45,390 nucleotides of DNA, from contig CAVEYA010000064.1 in the NCBI GenBank assembly GCA_963619935.1, positions 1 to 45,390 on the forward strand, given 5' to 3'. Below the pieces are notes generated by a model that was given only the letters and a program-made list of their open reading frames with translations, ran no database searches and had not been told where the DNA came from. A program made the translations under genes and the position numbers. This document shows, one piece after another, positions 18,368 through 26,559 of the stretch (the stretch's first letter is position 1; every line of letters begins with the position of its first letter). Source of the DNA: a bacterium. GTDB taxonomy: Bacteria; Bacillota_I; Bacilli_A; RFN20; CAG-826.

Positions 18368-18395
18368 ACATAAATCCTCCTTTATGTTCGGATTA

Positions 18396-18424
18396 ATCAT
18401 AATGATTATTAAATATGGTGTCAA
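18396..18424 (-). promoter_or_regulatory. Near-consensus sigma-A promoter for rpsP-KH-rimM-trmD
   Basis: On the minus strand: TTGACA (18424-18419), 17-nt spacer, TATGAT (18401-18396). Confidence 0.65.
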
Positions 18425-18473
18425 GCATTTTTGCTTTACACATTATAAATCTTACTTATTATAAATAAAGTGG

Positions 18474-18502
18474 TTGAAATGAAAATAATTGGTTGTTATT
18501 AT
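18474..18502 (+). promoter_or_regulatory. Promoter for rplS
   Basis: TTGAAA (18474-18479), 17-nt spacer, TATTAT (18497-18502). Confidence 0.6.
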
Positions 18503-18596
18503 ATTTGAGCATGTTTGAAGACATGATACGGGTGCTCCGCTGTCAAAATTGAGAATGAACACCAAGAGACAATATATCTAAGGAGGCGTTTAAATT
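18503..18596 (+). promoter_or_regulatory. rplS 5' leader, candidate L19 autoregulatory leader RNA
   Basis: About 94-nt untranslated leader between the promoter and the AAGGAGG SD, containing GC-richer segments (GGGTGCTCCGCTG). L19 leaders are known in Bacillota. Structure not verified. Confidence 0.4.
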
Positions 18597-18944
18597 ATGA
18601 ATAATAATTTAGTCAAAGAAATCGCAGCCACACAAATTCGCAAGGATATTCCAAACTTCCGTTCTGGCGATGAAATTAAAGTTTCAGTTAGAATCGTTGA
18701 AGGTGCAAAGTCACGTATCCAAGTATTCCAAGGCGTTGTAATTTGCCGTCGTGGTGGTGGCGTCAGCGAAACATTTACCGTCCGTAAGATGTCAAGTGGC
18801 ATCGGTGTTGAAAGAACTTTCCCAGTCAACTCTCCTTCCATTGCAGGAATTGAAGTTGTTCGTCATGGTAAAGTTAGAAGAAACAAAATCACTTACATTC
18901 GTAAACTTTCTGGTAAATCTGCTCGTATTAAAGAAATTCTCTAA
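18597..18944 (+). CDS. rplS: 50S ribosomal protein L19
   Basis: 115 aa. Highly typical L19 sequence (PNFRSGD, VFQGVVI, RRGKVRRAK-like). Confidence 0.95.
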   Translation: MNNNLVKEIAATQIRKDIPNFRSGDEIKVSVRIVEGAKSRIQVFQGVVICRRGGGVSETFTVRKMSSGIGVERTFPVNSPSIAGIEVVRHGKVRRNKITYIRKLSGKSARIKEIL

Positions 18945-18964
18945 TTTCCTGAAAAACGAAACTA

Positions 18965-18989
18965 AAGGACTCTGTTTGAGTCCTTTTTT
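18965..18989 (+). terminator. Intrinsic terminator after rplS
   Basis: AAGGACTC / GAGTCCTT stem, 5-nt loop, TTTT. Confidence 0.75.
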
Positions 18990-19030
18990 AGTGCGCTTGC
19001 GTATTGAAACTAAACCTAATAACTCATATA

Positions 19031-19852
19031 ATGAGTACTATGAATAATGAAACAAAAACTAAAAGTAAAGTTCGTCTAATTATCTGGGCTGTAATTTATT
19101 TTTTATTAATCATCAGCGTATGTGTAAGCTTTATTATGGTCTTTCACTCATACTATTATCGTTCTATCTTTGTCTCTGGTTCATCAATGGAACCAACATT
19201 AAATGGCAATGTCAGTGATCGTGTTGATTACGGTGTGATAGATGATCATGAATATGCTTTAAAAAGTTTAAAGAGATTTCAAATTGTTACTACTTACTAT
19301 CCTTTTAAAGATTCTCACGATTATAAATCACAGTTTGTGAAAGGTGGAAACAATGAATTAAATCCGAGCGAAGCTTCTTATAAGATTAAAAGATTATATG
19401 CCTTACCTGGTGAAACTTTTAAATTCTATTTAGATGATGAAATGGTTGAGAAAGCTCTTCTCACTCAAGGAACTTCTGCTGGTTATAGTGAAGAATCTCA
19501 ATATTATGCTAGAAAAGCGATTAAGTTTGCTATTTTAAATGAAAAAACAGGCGAATTTGTTGAACAAAAAATTAAATTTAAACGCAAAATCAATATTCAA
19601 AAATTTAGTGAATATGATAATTTTACTTATACATTAGGTGAAGAAGAATACTGGGTGATGGGTGATAACTATTCCGCTAGTTCAGACTGTTTTTCTAAAA
19701 AAGCCCCTGTTTATTATGAAAACTTTGTGGGTGTTTTAATCGCGATTGAAGGAACTTGTAAAATTCAAGGCAACATAATTGAAGGTGAAGATGGTACAAA
19801 AACATCTTATAAATGTGTAAATCGTAAGCGTCATTTACCAACTTACTATTAA
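19031..19852 (+). CDS. lepB: Signal peptidase I
   Basis: TM helix, then SGSSMEPTL (Ser box), KRLYALPGE (Lys box), GDNYSASSD. Start is uncertain (TTG 19004, ATG 19031 or ATG 19040; no clear SD). Confidence 0.8.
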   Translation: MSTMNNETKTKSKVRLIIWAVIYFLLIISVCVSFIMVFHSYYYRSIFVSGSSMEPTLNGNVSDRVDYGVIDDHEYALKSLKRFQIVTTYYPFKDSHDYKSQFVKGGNNELNPSEASYKIKRLYALPGETFKFYLDDEMVEKALLTQGTSAGYSEESQYYARKAIKFAILNEKTGEFVEQKIKFKRKINIQKFSEYDNFTYTLGEEEYWVMGDNYSASSDCFSKKAPVYYENFVGVLIAIEGTCKIQGNIIEGEDGTKTSYKCVNRKRHLPTYY

Positions 19853-19857
19853 GGTTA

Positions 19858-20706
19858 ATGATTATGGCACAGATACATTGGTTTCCAGGACATATGAAAA
19901 AAGCTCTTAATGAGCTATGTGAAAGTATTAAAATTGTCGATGTCGTCATCGAACTTTTAGATGCACGTGCGCCTCTATCAAGTGTGAATGAACAACTTAA
20001 TGAACCGACTAAAAATAAAAAGAAACTAATCGTTATTTCTAAACCTGATTTAGCGGATCAAATTCAAACTGATAGATGGAAAGAATATTTTATTAAGCAA
20101 AATAATACAGTTTTAGTATTAGATTTAACTAAACAAAATGCTTCAAATATTATTGCTAACAATGTGATTAAGTTAGGACAAGAAAAATGGGAAAAGCAGA
20201 AGGCTAAAGGAATGAAACCTCAACCTATAAGAGCGATGATTATTGGTGTGCCTAATGTTGGCAAATCCTCTTTAATTAATCGCTTAGCAAAAAGAAAGGC
20301 CGCCGGGGTGCAAAATAAGCCAGGCTATACTCGCGGTGAACAATGGATTAAAGTTAACAAAGATTTTCTTCTTTTAGACACTCCTGGTATTTTACCTATG
20401 AACTACGATAATCCTAAAAAAGCTTGCAATTTAGCCCTTATTGGTTCGGTTAGAGAAGAAATTCTACCTAACACTGATTTAGTTAATTATTTATTAAAGA
20501 ACCTTAAAGAACATTATCCAAATGCTTTATTGGAACGCTTTAATGTTGATGATTTAAATGACTCCAAAGAAGTTTGCTTAAAGATTGCTAACAAGCGTGG
20601 TTTATTAACATATAATGGTGAGCCAAGCATTGAAAAAGCAGAGCAACTTTTGTTAAAAGAATTTAAAGATGGTTTACTAGGAAGAATAACTTTAGAATGG
20701 CGTTAG
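19858..20706 (+). CDS. rbgA: Ribosome biogenesis GTPase A (YlqF/RbgA)
   Basis: 282 aa. WFPGHM motif and a circularly permuted GTPase (ISKPDL ... GVPNVGKSSLINRL). ATG 19864 is an alternative start. Confidence 0.9.
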   Translation: MIMAQIHWFPGHMKKALNELCESIKIVDVVIELLDARAPLSSVNEQLNEPTKNKKKLIVISKPDLADQIQTDRWKEYFIKQNNTVLVLDLTKQNASNIIANNVIKLGQEKWEKQKAKGMKPQPIRAMIIGVPNVGKSSLINRLAKRKAAGVQNKPGYTRGEQWIKVNKDFLLLDTPGILPMNYDNPKKACNLALIGSVREEILPNTDLVNYLLKNLKEHYPNALLERFNVDDLNDSKEVCLKIANKRGLLTYNGEPSIEKAEQLLLKEFKDGLLGRITLEWR

Positions 20707-21320
20707 ATTACGAGCAACAATATTATTCTGATGAAATTAAATTGATCGTTGGTTGCGATGAAGCTGGTAGAGGATGTCTGCTTGGTGATGTTTTTGCAGG
20801 TGCAGTTATCTTACCTCGGGATTTTAAATGTGATTACATTAACGATAGTAAAAAGCTAACCGCAAAACAAAGAGATGAAGCTTATGACATTATTATCAAA
20901 AACGCGATTGCTTTTGGTGTTGGTAGATGCACTGCCGAAGAAATAGATGAAATGAATATATTAAATGCTTCTCGTGTAGCGATGGAAAGAGCGATTGAAA
21001 ATATGAATCATTCTTTTGATATGATCATTACTGACGCAGTGAAGATGAATAAATTTCATTGTCCAAAAGAAGCTTTGATACATGGCGATGCTTTAGCGGA
21101 ATGCGTTGCTGCTGCATCAATTATCGCAAAAGTATCGAGGGATCGTTATTGTGAAGAGCTAGATAAGAAATATCCAGAATATCAAATCGCTAAACATAAA
21201 GGATATGGAACAAAAGTGCACCTAGAAGCATTAAAAAAGTATGGGCCTATCGAACATCTTCACCGGTTTAGTTACGCTCCTGTGAGGGCTTGTTTTATTG
21301 AAAAAGTAAAATTATTCTAA
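20697..21320 (+). CDS. rnhB: Ribonuclease HII
   Basis: 207 aa. GCDEAGRG motif, DSKKL, HRFSY. Confidence 0.95.
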   Translation: MALDYEQQYYSDEIKLIVGCDEAGRGCLLGDVFAGAVILPRDFKCDYINDSKKLTAKQRDEAYDIIIKNAIAFGVGRCTAEEIDEMNILNASRVAMERAIENMNHSFDMIITDAVKMNKFHCPKEALIHGDALAECVAAASIIAKVSRDRYCEELDKKYPEYQIAKHKGYGTKVHLEALKKYGPIEHLHRFSYAPVRACFIEKVKLF

Positions 21321-21332
21321 AAAATTGTCATT

Positions 21333-21364
21333 GGCCTCCTAGTTACTAATATGGAGGTCTTTTT
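21333..21364 (+). terminator. Hairpin plus T-run after rnhB that contains the dprA Shine-Dalgarno
   Basis: GGCCTCC (21333-21339) pairs with GGAGGTC (21353-21359; one G-U pair), 13-nt loop, then TTTTT and the dprA ATG at 21365. Confidence 0.5.
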
Positions 21365-22132
21365 ATGGCAACAGCAAGACAAGTTTTAATTTATCTCTCA
21401 TTAAAACATCAAGGAGAGTGGGAGAAAATCTATGAGGATATTGTACAAAAGGTTGTGTATCCTTCAGAAGATATTGAAAAGGCAACTAGTGATTTAAAGA
21501 TAAATACAGTCACAATTCTCGATAAAGAATACCCTGAATCCTTAAAACAAATTAACAAACCACCTTTTGTGCTTTTCTACTATGGTGATTTTTCCTTACT
21601 TTCTGACTATCAAAATTGCTTAGCGGTAGTAGGTTCAAGAAACTATACTGAATACGGCAAAACCGCTACTACTAATATAATTAAGGATTTAAAAGGGAAA
21701 TTTACAATTGTTTCAGGATTGGCGTTAGGCATTGATTCTATCGCTCATAAAGCAGCTTTAGATTCCAACGCTAAAACGGTGGCAATTTTAGGTAGTGGAA
21801 TAGATTATTGTTATCCAAAAAGTAATGAAGAAATTTATCAAAAAATTAAACAAAATCATTTAATTATTAGTGAATACCCAGGAAGCGTGGAACCTAAACC
21901 TGAGCATTTTCCGATTCGTAATCGTTTGATTGCTGCCTTAGCAAAAAGTGTATTAGTCACAGAAGCAAAGAAAAAATCTGGTACTTTAATTACTGTTTCA
22001 TTAGCAGCATCTATTGGCCGCAACATTATGTGTGTCCCTTATCCAATTAATCAAGATTCTGAGTGTAACCAACTAATTAAGGATGGTGCATATCTTGTTG
22101 AAAATGGCCAAGATGTGATTGAGTACATGTAA
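21365..22132 (+). CDS. dprA: DNA processing protein DprA (short form)
   Basis: 255 aa. Rossmann-like DprA core (VVGSRNYTEYG, GLALGIDSIAHKAAL). Confidence 0.85.
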   Translation: MATARQVLIYLSLKHQGEWEKIYEDIVQKVVYPSEDIEKATSDLKINTVTILDKEYPESLKQINKPPFVLFYYGDFSLLSDYQNCLAVVGSRNYTEYGKTATTNIIKDLKGKFTIVSGLALGIDSIAHKAALDSNAKTVAILGSGIDYCYPKSNEEIYQKIKQNHLIISEYPGSVEPKPEHFPIRNRLIAALAKSVLVTEAKKKSGTLITVSLAASIGRNIMCVPYPINQDSECNQLIKDGAYLVENGQDVIEYM

Positions 22133-22202
22133 GTAAAAAAGTGAAAAAATTCTTAAATAAATCTTATTTTTATTTAATAGGAATAAATGCTAATTAGTAG
22201 TG

Positions 22203-22231
22203 TTGACAATGTGTTTTAATAAGTAAATAAT
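22203..22231 (+). promoter_or_regulatory. Promoter for topA
   Basis: TTGACA (22203-22208), 17-nt spacer, AATAAT (22226-22231). Confidence 0.55.
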
Positions 22232-22252
22232 CATTAACCGAAAAGAGATTAC

Positions 22253-24376
22253 ATGAAGTTAGTTATTGTCGAATCCCCTGCAAAATGTACAACAATTAAA
22301 AGGTACTTAGGTGACCAATATAATGTACTCGCATCATACGGGCATGTGCGTGATTTAGCTACTCGTGGTAAAGGCGGTTTAGGCGTTGATGTAGAGAACA
22401 ATTTTGCTCCTACTTATTTAGTAACTGCGAATAAACAAAAAGTAGTTAACGAACTAATCGCTGCTTCTAAAAAATGTGATGAAGTCATATTAGCAACCGA
22501 CCCTGACCGTGAAGGTGAAGCTATTGCTTGGCACTTAGCAAATGTTTTAAATTTGGATATTGCTAAAACAAAACGTTTAGAATTTCATGAAATTACACGC
22601 GAATCTATTAAACAAGCAATGTCTAACCCTCGCACAATCGACACAAAGACTGTTGCGTCGCAAGAGACACGTCGTATTTTAGATCGTATTATTGGATTTA
22701 AATTATCGACTTTATTAAATAAGAAGATTAGATCTAAATCTGCCGGTAGAGTGCAATCTGCCACATTAAAATTAATTAATGATCATGATTTGGAAATAGA
22801 AAAATTTGTCCCACAAGAATATTGGAATATTCTTTCTAGCATTGACATTAATGGTAATTCTTTTGCTTTAACATTTGTTGGTGAAAACGGAAAAACTATT
22901 GAAATTAAAAATAAAGAAGAAGCAAATCGCATCTTAGATAAAATTACAGAAGAAGTAAAAGTCATTTCAGTAAATAAATCTTTTAGATTTAAAGAAAGCA
23001 AAGAGCCATTTACTACTTCAACGATGCAACAAGAAGCTTTCGCTCGTTTACACTTTAAAACAAAAAAGACTCAAAGCCTTGCTCAACAATTGTATGAAGG
23101 CATTGAAGTTAATGGTGAACATGTTGGTTTAATTACTTATATGCGTACAGATAGCACGAGATTATCTGAATCATTTATTGCTCGTGCAAAGAAATATATT
23201 ACGGAAAAATTTGGCCCAGAATATGTAGGAAAAGCAAAACAAAAAGTAGTGAATTCGGAAAACACCCAAGATGGTCACGAGGCTATTCGTCCTACTAGCA
23301 ATCATCGCACACCAGAATCTTTATTAAATATTGATTTATTTGTTAAAAATAAAGATTTATATAAATTATATAAATTAATTTATAACAGGGCAGTTGCCTC
23401 TTTAATGAAAGCTAAAAAAGAAGAAGTTCTAACAATTATTTTAGGCTCTAATGATTTAACCTTTAAAATTGAATTAGCACATACCGTATTCCCAGGTTAC
23501 GAAGCTCTTTTAGCAGACACTGAAGAAGAAAAAGAATTTAAGGGCAAATTCCCTGAAATTAATGTTGGTGATTCTTTTAAAGTAATTAAAAAAGAAGGCG
23601 AACAAAAATTTACCCAAGCACCAAGCCATTATTCTGAAGCTAAATTAGTAAAATTGATGGAAGAAGTTGGTATTGGTCGTCCATCCACTTATGTTTCAAC
23701 ATTAGATACTTTAAAGAAACGCAAATACGTTGAAGATAAAGCCGGCATTATTACTGTCACTGAACAAGGCCGTAAAACTGTTGATTATTTAGAAGATAAT
23801 TTTAGTGATATTGTTAATACTCAATATACTGCTGATATGGAAGAAAAACTTGATAAAATTCAAGAAGGGCAAACAAAAAGCTTGGATATTTTAACTAATT
23901 TCTATGGACCTTTCATGGAAGAAGTTAAAAGAGCAGGGGAACTTGAAACTCAAAAACCGAAAGAAGAAATTCTCGATGAATTATGCCCAAAGTGTGGTTC
24001 TCATTTAAAAGTTATTCATGGTCGAAATGGCACATTTATCGGTTGCTCTAATTATCCAAAATGTAAATATGTTAAAAAGGAAGAAAAGATTGTTGTTAAG
24101 GTTGGTAGAACCTGTCCAAAATGTGGTGGCCAACTTGTAGAAAGAGAAAAGAAAGGCAGCAAGTTTATCGGTTGCTCTAATTATCCAAAATGTAAATATA
24201 CTGAAAATAAACGCACACAAGATGTGACTTCCGAAGCCCCAGCAGTAGTGAAGAAATGTCCAAAATGTGGTGGTGACATGGTTAAGAAAAAAGGCAAATA
24301 TGGTTATTTACTTGGATGTACAAATTATCCTGAGTGTAAATATTGGGAAACAATCTATAAAAGAAAGCGGAAATAG
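22253..24376 (+). CDS. topA: DNA topoisomerase I
   Basis: 707 aa. Toprim VIVESPAK / DPDREGE, catalytic region, and three C-terminal CxxC...C-x5-C zinc-ribbon modules. Confidence 0.95.
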   Translation: MKLVIVESPAKCTTIKRYLGDQYNVLASYGHVRDLATRGKGGLGVDVENNFAPTYLVTANKQKVVNELIAASKKCDEVILATDPDREGEAIAWHLANVLNLDIAKTKRLEFHEITRESIKQAMSNPRTIDTKTVASQETRRILDRIIGFKLSTLLNKKIRSKSAGRVQSATLKLINDHDLEIEKFVPQEYWNILSSIDINGNSFALTFVGENGKTIEIKNKEEANRILDKITEEVKVISVNKSFRFKESKEPFTTSTMQQEAFARLHFKTKKTQSLAQQLYEGIEVNGEHVGLITYMRTDSTRLSESFIARAKKYITEKFGPEYVGKAKQKVVNSENTQDGHEAIRPTSNHRTPESLLNIDLFVKNKDLYKLYKLIYNRAVASLMKAKKEEVLTIILGSNDLTFKIELAHTVFPGYEALLADTEEEKEFKGKFPEINVGDSFKVIKKEGEQKFTQAPSHYSEAKLVKLMEEVGIGRPSTYVSTLDTLKKRKYVEDKAGIITVTEQGRKTVDYLEDNFSDIVNTQYTADMEEKLDKIQEGQTKSLDILTNFYGPFMEEVKRAGELETQKPKEEILDELCPKCGSHLKVIHGRNGTFIGCSNYPKCKYVKKEEKIVVKVGRTCPKCGGQLVEREKKGSKFIGCSNYPKCKYTENKRTQDVTSEAPAVVKKCPKCGGDMVKKKGKYGYLLGCTNYPECKYWETIYKRKRK
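24035..24199 (+). repeat. Perfect 36-bp direct repeat inside the topA zinc-ribbon modules
   Basis: TTTATCGGTTGCTCTAATTATCCAAAATGTAAATAT occurs at 24035-24070 and again at 24164-24199, 129 bp (43 codons) apart. Confidence 0.9.
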
Positions 24377-24392
24377 TTTCCGTTTTTCTTTT
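24365..24392 (+). terminator. Intrinsic terminator overlapping the topA stop codon
   Basis: AAGCGGAAA - TAG - TTTCCGTTT hairpin with the stop codon TAG as its loop, followed by a T-rich tract. Confidence 0.65.
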
Positions 24393-24413
24393 GGATAAAT
24401 TAAAATAATTTAG

Positions 24414-25349
24414 ATGAAAAAAACAAGGAAACAAATCTATACAAATAAACCAATTAAAGATTTTCTTGATCATTTAAAGCTTGATAAAGGCTACACTGAT
24501 GACACAATCTATGATTATAACTATGATCTGAAAAAGTTCTTCGAGTTTTTGCGTGATGAAGGCATTTTGATGGATGAAGTGGATAACATTATTATCCGTA
24601 ATTTTTTAACTAAAGAATTGTCTTCTGGAATTTCAAAAAGATCTTGTAAAAGAAGAATCTCGACCCTTAAACAGTTCTATGCATATATGTACAAAACGGG
24701 CGTTGTGAAAGACAATCCTTTCCTTTTTGTGCAAACGATTAAGACAGAGAAAAAGTATCCTCATGCGTTATATCGTGAGCAAATTGCGGAGATTTTTGCG
24801 AAAAATGACGCTAGAACCGATGAATTAGCGATTCGTGATCAAGCCATTATGTACATGCTTTATTATTGTGGGGTGCGTGCTAGTGAGTTAGTGAATTTAA
24901 GAGTCCAAGATGTAAACCTTAAATCAAGAACCGCTCGTATATTTGGTAAAGGGCAAAAAGAACGCCTAGTGCCTTTTACTAAGGAAACGCAAAAGAAATT
25001 AGAAGAATATCTAGAAAAATTAAGACCTAATCTTTTAATGAAAACAATCGATCCTCAATCAAATTTATTTTTAAATTCTCGTGGTGAACCATTAACCACT
25101 AGAGGGCTAGAATACATTCTTGATCAAATTGAAGAAAAGACTGGTTCATTTGTTGGTTTGCACCCACACTTATTAAGACATAGCTTTGCTACTCATCTTT
25201 TAGAGAATGGTGCAGATTTAAGAGTAATACAAGAATTATTAGGCCATGAAAGTATTAACGCTACCCAGGTTTACACACATGTTTCTACGGAAGCAATGAA
25301 GCAAGAATACATTGGTCATCACCCTCGTAGTCAGAAAAAAGATAAATAA
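24414..25349 (+). CDS. xerC: Tyrosine recombinase XerC (CodV position)
   Basis: 311 aa. Catalytic residues R...K...HxxRH...H...Y (LRHSFATHLL, GHESINATQVYTHV). Conserved location after topA. Confidence 0.8.
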   Translation: MKKTRKQIYTNKPIKDFLDHLKLDKGYTDDTIYDYNYDLKKFFEFLRDEGILMDEVDNIIIRNFLTKELSSGISKRSCKRRISTLKQFYAYMYKTGVVKDNPFLFVQTIKTEKKYPHALYREQIAEIFAKNDARTDELAIRDQAIMYMLYYCGVRASELVNLRVQDVNLKSRTARIFGKGQKERLVPFTKETQKKLEEYLEKLRPNLLMKTIDPQSNLFLNSRGEPLTTRGLEYILDQIEEKTGSFVGLHPHLLRHSFATHLLENGADLRVIQELLGHESINATQVYTHVSTEAMKQEYIGHHPRSQKKDK

Positions 25350-25361
25350 GTATTTTAATAC

Positions 25362-25390
25362 TTGTTATATATCTGTCGTTTTGATAGAAT
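25362..25390 (+). promoter_or_regulatory. Promoter for rpsB-tsf
   Basis: TTGTTA (25362-25367), 17-nt spacer, TAGAAT (25385-25390). Confidence 0.6.
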
Positions 25391-25512
25391 AGTTCACGCT
25401 GTGGAGACACAGACTACACACGCTGCGGATTAAACTCCCATTGTGCCTCATGGAAAAAGAGGTGGTTGAGTTTTTAGAAACAGCGGAGGAAAAACATAAG
25501 GAGGCTCGAAAC
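25391..25512 (+). promoter_or_regulatory. Structured rpsB 5' leader (candidate S2 autoregulatory element)
   Basis: About 120-nt leader with local hairpin CTGTG-GAGA-CACAG, a repeated ACGCTG, and possible long-range CGCTG/CAGCG pairing. Ends at the AAGGAGG SD. Confidence 0.35.
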
Positions 25513-26559
25513 ATGAGCGAAGAAAAAGAAATCGTTGCGGAAGTTGTTGCAGAAGAAACAATGGAAGCAGTCATGCATGATCCTGATGCACCAGTTATTA
25601 CAATGAAGAAATTGTTAGAAGCTGGTTCCCATTTTGGTCATCAAACACGTCGTTGGAATCCAAAGATGAAGAAATACATCTGGGGTGCACGTAATGGCGT
25701 TTACATCATCGACTTAGCCAAAACAGTGGATTTAGTCGCTGAAGCCTATAAGGCATTAAAAGAAATCGTTGACAACAATGGTAAAGTCTTATTTGTTGGT
25801 ACAAAAAGACAATGCCAAGAAGCAGTCAAAGCTGAAGCAGAACGTTCTGGTTCCTTCTACATTACCAATCGTTGGTTAGGTGGTACCTTAACAAACTTCA
25901 GAACAATTCAAGGTCGTATTAGATACTTAAAAGAATTAGAAAGAAGAGAAGCTGAAGGTGAATTAGATTTATTACCAAAACAAGAAGCTGCTCAATTAAG
26001 AAAAGAATTAGCTAAATTATCCAAGAACTTAGAAGGCATCAAAGAAATGCGCAAAGTTCCTAACGCTGTCTTTGTTGTTGACCCACACGTCGAACACAAC
26101 GCAGTTGCTGAAGCTCATAAATTAGGAATTCCAGTGTTTGCTATTGTTGATACAAATAGTGACCCAGATGTCGTTGATCACGTTATTCCAGCTAATGACG
26201 ACGCAGTTCGTTCAGTCTCTTTAATCTTAGCAGTTATGGCTGATGCTATCGTTGAATCTAAGGGTGGTTTACCAGTCGTTGCTTATATTAAAGAAGAAAC
26301 TAAAGACATCACAATGGATGATGTTATTCACCAAACAGATAAAGAAGCAAAAGAAAGAATTGAAAAGATTCGTGCTGAAAGAGCTGCTCGTGAAGCTGCT
26401 TATAGAAAAGAACAAGCAGAACGTGAAGCTGCTAGAGCTGCCGCTAATGGTGAAGAAGTAAAAAGACCAGCTAGAAAGCCAGCCAATCGTAAAAAACCAG
26501 AACCAAAAGTTGAAGAAGCAAAAGCTGAACAACCAAAAGTTGAAGGAGAAAATAAATAA
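25513..26559 (+). CDS. rpsB: 30S ribosomal protein S2 with acidic N-terminal and K/E/A-rich C-terminal extensions
   Basis: Core [28 protein letters not shown] 7 nt before ATG 25513; the ORF-track TTG 25441 lies in the leader. Confidence 0.9.
   Translation: MSEEKEIVAEVVAEETMEAVMHDPDAPVITMKKLLEAGSHFGHQTRRWNPKMKKYIWGARNGVYIIDLAKTVDLVAEAYKALKEIVDNNGKVLFVGTKRQCQEAVKAEAERSGSFYITNRWLGGTLTNFRTIQGRIRYLKELERREAEGELDLLPKQEAAQLRKELAKLSKNLEGIKEMRKVPNAVFVVDPHVEHNAVAEAHKLGIPVFAIVDTNSDPDVVDHVIPANDDAVRSVSLILAVMADAIVESKGGLPVVAYIKEETKDITMDDVIHQTDKEAKERIEKIRAERAAREAAYRKEQAEREAARAAANGEEVKRPARKPANRKKPEPKVEEAKAEQPKVEGENK

Noticed and set aside
18072-19047. ORFs 18072-18254(+), 18590-18841(-) and 18751-19047(+) overlapping rpsP, rplS and the rplS terminator
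   Set aside because: They overlap highly conserved ribosomal protein genes out of frame or antisense, and one runs through an intrinsic terminator.
24414-25349. Tyrosine recombinase as the integrase of a mobile element
   Set aside because: It sits in the conserved chromosomal topA-xerC(codV) position and has the XerC/D-type N-terminal domain. It has no flanking repeats, excisionase or cargo.
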